NCBI GenBank assembly: GCA_031367385.1
Contig: JANLPS010000560.1
Span: 1 to 36,453, forward strand
DNA: 36,453 nt
Source: Archangium sp.
GTDB taxonomy: Bacteria; Myxococcota; Myxococcia; Myxococcales; Myxococcaceae
Direction: 5' to 3'
Each line of letters begins with the position of its first letter. Position 1 is the stretch's first letter. Of this stretch, positions 26,966-33,800 are shown piece after piece. The position numbers and the translations under genes are program-made. The notes beneath the pieces are model-generated. The model did not search any database, was not told where the DNA came from, and saw only the letters and a program-made list of their open reading frames with translations.

Positions 26966-27907
26966 GTGGTCGAACGTGCACTCCCACCCCCTGAGCTGAG
27001 TAATCGCCTGGTGCTGATCGTCGATGACGACGAGCACACGCGAAATTTGCTGCGCGATCTGTGTGAGTCGTCGGGATTTCGCGTCAACCAGGCCGAAGAT
27101 GGCAACGACGCGCTGACGCGGTTGGCGGCTGAGAAGCCCGACCTGATGTTGCTCGACTTGATGATGCCGCGGCGCGACGGGTTCTCGGTGCTGAAGGCGG
27201 TGCGTGAGAACACCGAGCTCGCCGAGCTGCCGGTGATCATCTTGACCGCGATGGGAGACATGGACGGCAAGATTCGCGGCATGGAGCTGGGTGCCGACGA
27301 CTACGTCACCAAGCCCTTCAAGCTGATCGAGCTGCAGACCCGAATCAACTCGGCGCTGATGGTGCGGCAGTACCGGCGGCGGTTGATGGCGGCCGAAGAA
27401 GAGCTCGCCCAGTTTCGCGCGCTCGACCCGGTGACCGGTGCGGGTACGTACTCGCAGCTCAAGGCGTCGCTCGACTCTGAGCTCGCGCGCAGCCGCAGGT
27501 ATGGCCGCCCCGCCGCGTGCTTGATGTTCGGGTTCGATGACTACCAGGGCATTCGCTACCAGCTCGGGCGCGATGCCTGTGACGCGTACCTGGGCAAGGT
27601 CGCGGCTGAGATTCGCGGCGTGCTGCGCGGGGCCGACCGGCTGTTTCGGGTCGATTCTGATGAGTTCGTGATTCTGTTGCCCGAGACCGACCTGAAGGGC
27701 TCGCGCATCGTGGCCGAGCGGCTCAACGAGGCGGTGACCAAGGTCGTGGTCGAAGGCCCGAATGGCCGGCTCAAGGTCGTCAGCCGGGTCGGCGGGTCGG
27801 TGTTTCCCAACGAGCGAATTCGATCGAGTGAAGATCTGCTGCGCGAGGCGAACCGCAGCTTTCGCGAGCTTCGTGAGGTCAGCGCGAAGGTCGTCTTCGA
27901 CGCTTGA
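26966..27907 (+). CDS. Response regulator with degenerate GGDEF domain
   Basis: REC motifs IVDDD, LLDLMMP and KPF; GGDEF-fold with DSDEF at the active site and RGAD I-site five residues upstream. Confidence 0.9.
   Translation: MVERALPPPELSNRLVLIVDDDEHTRNLLRDLCESSGFRVNQAEDGNDALTRLAAEKPDLMLLDLMMPRRDGFSVLKAVRENTELAELPVIILTAMGDMDGKIRGMELGADDYVTKPFKLIELQTRINSALMVRQYRRRLMAAEEELAQFRALDPVTGAGTYSQLKASLDSELARSRRYGRPAACLMFGFDDYQGIRYQLGRDACDAYLGKVAAEIRGVLRGADRLFRVDSDEFVILLPETDLKGSRIVAERLNEAVTKVVVEGPNGRLKVVSRVGGSVFPNERIRSSEDLLREANRSFRELREVSAKVVFDA
27830..27907 (+). repeat. Direct repeat copy 1 (3' end of the GGDEF gene)
   Basis: gaagatctgctgcgcgaggcgaaccgcagctttcgcgagcttcgtgaggtcagcgcgaaggtcgtcttcgacgcttga. 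Confidence 0.9.
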
Positions 27908-27959
27908 AGATCAGGCGGCCTTTCGCGGGCGCTGCAAACATCTGGTACCCTCGTTGCCC

Positions 27960-28262
27960 ATGGCACCCTACAAGGTCCGTGGGCTTCGCGAGCACGCCCA
28001 CGGTGAGGTCGTAGAAGAGCTCACCATCACGTTGCAGAACATCGACGAGCTGTTCGTGACGATGCGCAACGCAGTGCTTGCCGAGGTCAAAGACGCCGAA
28101 GACCACTCCCGAATCGTGCTGTGTCGGGAGGTAGCCTCGAGACGAATGATTCTCTTGCTCGAGCCGCTGAACGATCGCGCGACGGCCGAGACCCTGAGCC
28201 TCAACAGTTTCGCAGCGCGCTACAATCGCGTCATCGTCTCGCACAATCGACCAAAGCCGTAG
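27960..28262 (+). CDS. Hypothetical protein (100 aa) between the direct repeats
   Basis: ATG 27960 to TAG 28262; globular-looking sequence; no recognisable family. Confidence 0.6.
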   Translation: MAPYKVRGLREHAHGEVVEELTITLQNIDELFVTMRNAVLAEVKDAEDHSRIVLCREVASRRMILLLEPLNDRATAETLSLNSFAARYNRVIVSHNRPKP

Positions 28263-28273
28263 CACCGCATCAC

Positions 28274-28353
28274 GAAGACCTGCTGCGGCAGGCCAACCCG
28301 CATTTTCGCTTAGCTGCGTGAGGTCGAGCGCGAAGGTCGTCTTCGACGCCTGA
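28274..28353 (+). repeat. Direct repeat copy 2 (degenerate, with indels)
   Basis: gaagacctgctgcggcaggccaacccgcattttcgcttagctgcgtgaggtcgagcgcgaaggtcgtcttcgacgcctga. Confidence 0.9.
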
Positions 28354-29077
28354 TCGGCGCCGAGACCCAGGCTCCTGTTTTCTGGCGTGTCGCCCGATGG
28401 CCCGGCTCGAGCGCCGACACCGCGGCAACCGTCGGTTCGCGATCGACGACGAAGCCCAGCGTGGCTCGAATCAGGCGCTGCGTACCCGCTGAGCGAAATC
28501 GCCAGCCCTGTGGAGTGTGCTCGGCGCTTCGCAGCGGTGAGCGACCCTCGACGAACGCCTCACTGACGTGCACGAATTCACTGTGCGGCTGGGTGAAAGG
28601 CCAGCTGGGCTCTCGAGGCCCCGCGTCGGGCCGCAAGAAGACGGGCTGCCGGGCCACCAACGGCGGCGGCGCATCGAAGGCCCACGGCATGCGACCCGCG
28701 GGGTCTGGCCAGATGCACTGCACGACCGGGAGCTGAGCCGACTCGAAGTAGGCCATTGCCTGCCCCAGATGATCGGCCATCGCCGCGAGGGGCAACCTGG
28801 CAAACGCGCACGCGTACCCTGGCAAGACGTCGGGCACGTTGGTGGCGCCATGCTCGAAGCGCTCACCCGCGCGAACGCGAGCACCCAGCCGGTTGAGCAC
28901 ACGGTGCATGAAGGTGAGATCGTTGTTGAGCCCGAAGATGATGATCTCGGGGTGCTTCAAGAGCCGCAGACCGATGGTGTACGCGAAGGGCGGAGCCCGA
29001 TGGTCTGGGTCGAAGACGCCGGTCACGTGCCAGCCGAATTGCTCGATATCGGCGCGAATTCTTTCGCGGTTTTTCAT
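28310..29077 (-). CDS. DUF4262-like protein with an extra C-terminal domain
   Basis: IEQFGWHVTGV..PPFAYTIGL..HPEIIIFGL..QCIWPDPAGRMPW; GGGAGG RBS before ATG 29077. Confidence 0.8.
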   Translation of the reverse strand: MKNRERIRADIEQFGWHVTGVFDPDHRAPPFAYTIGLRLLKHPEIIIFGLNNDLTFMHRVLNRLGARVRAGERFEHGATNVPDVLPGYACAFARLPLAAMADHLGQAMAYFESAQLPVVQCIWPDPAGRMPWAFDAPPPLVARQPVFLRPDAGPREPSWPFTQPHSEFVHVSEAFVEGRSPLRSAEHTPQGWRFRSAGTQRLIRATLGFVVDREPTVAAVSALEPGHRATRQKTGAWVSAPIRRRRRPSRSTSRS

Positions 29078-29169
29078 GGCTGAGCCCCTCCCGTACCCCG
29101 GGCTATCACGCGCTCGCCAGGCCGCGTCAACTGCGCTAGAGCGCACGCTCCTTCGAAAGGTTTCTCACC

Positions 29170-30135
29170 GTGCGTATCGTTGTCACTGGCTCGCTGGCTT
29201 ACGACTACATCATGAACTTTCCGGGTCGGTTCTCTGACCACATCCTCCCGGACAAGGTGCACATGTTGACGGTGAGTTTCTTGGTCGACTCGATGAAGCG
29301 GCTGCGCGGGGGCACGGCGGGCAACATCGCGTACACCCTGGCGTTGCTGGGCGCGAAGACCTCGGTCGTCTCGGCGGCTGGGCAAGACTTCGGCGAGTAC
29401 AAAGAATGGATGAAGCGCGCCGGCATCGACTCATCGGGCGTGCGCGAAGTGGCCAATGAGTTCACCGCCAGCTGCTTCATCAACACCGACATGGTGAATA
29501 ACCAGATTGTGGCGTTCTACCCGGGTGCGGTGGTGCACGCGCGCGAAGTGGCGCTCGAGTCGATCGGGTTGCAGAAGACTGACTGGGTGATCATCTCGCC
29601 CACCGACCCCGAGTCGATGCAGCGGCACACCAGCGAGTGCAAGCGGGCGGGCGTGAACTACATCTTCGACCCGGGCAAGCAGGTACCCCGGCTCGACAAG
29701 GCGCAGATTCTGAGCGGCATCGAGGGCTGCGCGGTGTTGGTCGGCAACGACTACGAGTTCGGCATGATGGCTCGCGCGTGCGGGCTGACCGAGCAGCAGA
29801 TCATCGACGCGGCTCCGTTGACGGTGATGACGCGGGGCGAAGAGGGCTCGAGGGTCTATGTGCGCGGGCAGGCGCCGGTCGAAGTGCCGATCGCGAAGAC
29901 CGGTACGGTGGTCGACCCGACGGGTGCAGGCGACGCGTATCTGGCGGGGTTGGCGCTGGGGCTCTCGCGCAACATGCCGCTGCCGGTGGCGGCGCGAGTG
30001 GCTGCGTTGGCGGCGACCTTCGTCATCGAGCAGAAAGGCTGCCAAGAGCACGCGTTCACCCGCGCGGAGTTCGGCAAGCGCTTCGTCGACTCGTTCGGGC
30101 CGTCACCCGAGATCGACGCCTGGGCCCGAGGCTGA
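29170..30135 (+). CDS. PfkB family carbohydrate/nucleoside kinase (adenosine kinase-like)
   Basis: GSLAYDYIM, GGTAGNIAY, FDPGKQ, NDYE and DPTGAGDAY motifs. Confidence 0.93.
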   Translation: MRIVVTGSLAYDYIMNFPGRFSDHILPDKVHMLTVSFLVDSMKRLRGGTAGNIAYTLALLGAKTSVVSAAGQDFGEYKEWMKRAGIDSSGVREVANEFTASCFINTDMVNNQIVAFYPGAVVHAREVALESIGLQKTDWVIISPTDPESMQRHTSECKRAGVNYIFDPGKQVPRLDKAQILSGIEGCAVLVGNDYEFGMMARACGLTEQQIIDAAPLTVMTRGEEGSRVYVRGQAPVEVPIAKTGTVVDPTGAGDAYLAGLALGLSRNMPLPVAARVAALAATFVIEQKGCQEHAFTRAEFGKRFVDSFGPSPEIDAWARG

Positions 30136-30136
30136 C

Positions 30137-30730
30137 TTGCTGGCACCGGCGAGCATTCGCAGACTGTTCTTGGTGGGGGCCTCCGCCATGTGGGGCTGCG
30201 GTACGCCGTCGGGGTTGACCGGTGCCGGTACAGTGACGCAAGACAGCGGAGTCGAGCAGGCGGTCGATGCGGGCATCGACGACGAGATGGCCTCGTTTGC
30301 GAGGCGGGTGCGAGAAACGATGCGGGCCGTTCAAGACGCCGGGTCGCCCGGTTGTGCGTCAGCGGTGCCGATGGAGTTGACCGATGGCGGACCGGCGCTG
30401 CGGCAGCGGGCGCTCGACGCGGTGTCTCGGGTCACCGGCGTGCCGTCGGCGAATATTTTCGTTGAGCCGACGCCCTGCGGCCAGCCGGGGTTCGCTGACT
30501 GCGCCACGCGCTTTCAAAACCACATGTATCACCTGGTCCCTCCGATGGGTGACGCCTTGCTCCCTCTCGCGAAAGAGGTCGACCGCACAGCGTCGCTCGG
30601 TGACCTGGTGATCTGGACTCCGCAGGTCGGTGGCTCGGCCCAGGCCGCCGACGTCTCACATGTCGGTATTCGTGCCGGGCGGGCGTACGGGTTTATTTTC
30701 TTCAGCGGTCGCACGAATTGCGAGCCGTGA
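30137..30730 (+). CDS. Hypothetical lipoprotein
   Basis: TTG 30137 just after the kinase stop; RRLFLVGASAMWGC lipobox-like; DSG/DAG linker; further Cys residues. Confidence 0.65.
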   Translation: MLAPASIRRLFLVGASAMWGCGTPSGLTGAGTVTQDSGVEQAVDAGIDDEMASFARRVRETMRAVQDAGSPGCASAVPMELTDGGPALRQRALDAVSRVTGVPSANIFVEPTPCGQPGFADCATRFQNHMYHLVPPMGDALLPLAKEVDRTASLGDLVIWTPQVGGSAQAADVSHVGIRAGRAYGFIFFSGRTNCEP

Positions 30731-30825
30731 TGGTCATGTGAGTCGATCGTCGCCAAAATCCCACAGCGCATGAAATTGTAATGGTTGGAATACTTTACGA
30801 GTGATGACGCCTTGGGAGGTTCGCC

Positions 30826-33800
30826 GTGCGAGTTGAGCTGAATCGCGTGCTCTTGGGGTTCGCCCTGGGCGTTGTGATCACCGGCTGTACCGATTTCAAA
30901 CCGAGCGCCAGTCAGCGGGCCACCGAGCCGAAAGTCGGCGTCTCGGCGAGCGCCGTGATGGCCAAAGACGGGCCCGAGATCATCGACGCGGGCGTGGTGC
31001 TCAACGAATATGCCGCGCTGGCCGCTGACGCGCTCGTCGGCGCCTCGAGCATCAAGGTCGTCGACGTCACCACCCTCGACAGCCTCGCCTACGGCCCCCT
31101 CGAGGCCGGCGACCTGCTGATGATCATTCAAATGCAGGGCGCTGACATCGACACCAGCGACACGGTCGCCTACGGCGCTGTCACCAATCTCCAAGGCGCG
31201 GGGCTCTACGAATTCATCGAAGTGGCCAGCGTCACGCCAGCGACCAACACCATCGGCGTCGGCACCGGCTGCGGAGGTTTGAAGAACGGCTACAGCGCGG
31301 CCGGCAAAACGCAGGTCGTTCGAGTGCCGCAATTCGCGAGCTTGAGCGTGCAAGGCAACGGCACCGTCACCGCCCCTCCGTGGGACGGCAGCGTCGGCGG
31401 CATCGTCGCGTTGCACGTGCGCGACACGATGACCCTCACCGGCTCGGTCGACGTGCAAGGCAAAGGGTTTCGCGGAGGCACGGCTGACAACACCTCGGGC
31501 TCGGTCGCCGGTGACGTCCCCGGGTACCGCGCCGCGACGGGCATCGGAGGCGGCGAAAAGGGCGAAGGCATCGCTGGCTCGCAGACGACCTACGACGGCA
31601 AGAACGGCCGCTATGGGCGAGGCGCTCCGGCCAACGGCGGCGGTGGCGGCAACTCGTACCGCGCCGGTGGCGGCGGTGGCGCCAACGCAGCCGCAGCCTC
31701 CATCGTCGCCGCCTGGGCGGGCCAAGGCCTGATGGACATCACGTCAGGCACCATCGGTGGAGCCTTCGCCTACCCCCTCGACCCCTCTGGCGTGACCGCG
31801 CAGCCGGGTGGAGGTCGTGGTGGGTACTCCGCGTCGTTGAGCAATCAGAACGCAACGGTCGCCGCGGGGGCACCTGGCGCGGCACTGTGGGGCGCGAACC
31901 TCCGTCGCGAGCGCGGTGGCCTCGGCGGGCGGCCGCTCGTCAACGACCCCCTCACTCGCCTGTACGTCGGCGGTGGTGGCGGCGCGGGTGACGGCGACTC
32001 GGCATCGTCGGGTGGCGGCGGGCGCGGCGGCGGCATGATCTTCATCATGGCTGACGCGGTCGCCGGGAGCGGCGGTCTGATCGCCAACGGAGCACAAGGC
32101 GCTGACACCACCGGCAGCAACGTCGATTCGGCCGGTGGCGGTGGCGCTGGCGGCACGGTGATCATTCGCGCCAACGCGATCTCCGGGTTGGCGATCGCGG
32201 CCAACGGCGGCAACGGCGGCAAACAAAAGCTCGACCCTGGCGCTGACCCAGCCGCGGGCCCTGGCGGCGGCGGTTCGGGCGGCTACATCGCGGTCTCCGT
32301 CACGGGGCCCACGCGCTCGGCGGTTGGTGGCGACAACGGCGAGACCAGCTCCAACGGCTTGGCCGAATTTCCCGCCAACGGAGCGACTCGAGGCAACCTC
32401 GGCAATGCCACCGCGGGCATCGCGGCCGTCGTCGGCACCTCGGTGGTCGACATACCGCTCTGTCTCGAGCCGGCAGATCTGCAGATCAGCAAGACCAACG
32501 GCGTCACCACCTCGGTGCCGGGCACTGCCACGACGTACGCGGTCACGGTCAAGAACAACGGCCCGAACGCGGTGACCAAGGCACACATCGTCGACATCTT
32601 GCCGACCCAACTGGTGACCGTGCCTGCAACGGCGTGGGCCTGTACGAGCGCGAGCCCCGGCGCGTGTCTGACCGCCTCGGGCACCGGTTCGATCAACGCT
32701 GGCGCCACGCCGAACGTCTTCTTCAGCCTGCCTTCGGGCGGTTCAGTCACCTACACCTTCACGGGCACCGTCAAACCCGATGCCACCGGCACGATGGTCA
32801 ACACTGCGTCGGTCTTCGCCCCGCCGGTGATCAACGACCCGAACCCGGCGAACAACGTCGCGACTGACAGTGACATTCTTGGGCCAGTCGCCGACCTTGC
32901 GCTCGTCGCAACCGTGCCCATGAACGTCGATGAGCACGCCACCATCACGTGGAAGTTCGACGTCACGAACGCTGGCCCAAGCCAGGCTGCCGCGCTCGTC
33001 TTCACGTTCGATTTGCCTCCCTCCACCGACGTCACCTTCGGCAGCGCCGTCGGCACGGGGTGGAACACCTGCACCCGTTCAGGCACCACCGTGACCTGTA
33101 CGCGCGCAGCGTTCGCCGTCGGCCTCACCAACCAGACGATCACCATCATCGGCACTGTTCAGCTGCCTGGTGGCTTCCTCCCGGTGACAGCGCGGGTCAC
33201 CACGACCTCGAGCGACCCTGATCTCACCAACAACGTGAACAGCTCGAGCACGACGGTCGCGGCGGTCAACGATCCTCCGGTCAACTCGGTGCCACTCGCA
33301 CAGACGACGCCTGAAGACACTTCGAAGACGTTCTCGATCGGCAACGGCAACGCGATCACCATCGACGACGTCGACATCGGCGCAAACCCGTTCGAAGTCA
33401 CCATCAGCATCGTCGCCGGCACCGCGACCCTCGGCTCGACCGCCGGTCTCACCTTCACCGAAGGCGACGGTACCGACGATACCCGCATGACCTTTCAAGG
33501 CCTCAAAGGCGCCATCAACACGGCGCTCAACGGGCTCACGTACACGCCGACGCCCGACTTCTACGGCACCGGCTCGGTCACGCTTCTCACCAACGACCTC
33601 GGCGCGACCGGCAAGGGCGGGCCCAAGGCCGTCTCCAGCACGATCAACATCAACGTCTCTCCGGTGAACGACCCGCCGACGGCGGTAGCCGACAGCTTCG
33701 ATGTCGATGAAGACGTGCCGACGATGATCAACGTGCTGGCCAACGACTCCTCGGCTCCGGACGGCCCTGAGACGCTCACGGTCACCGCCTCCACGAAGCC

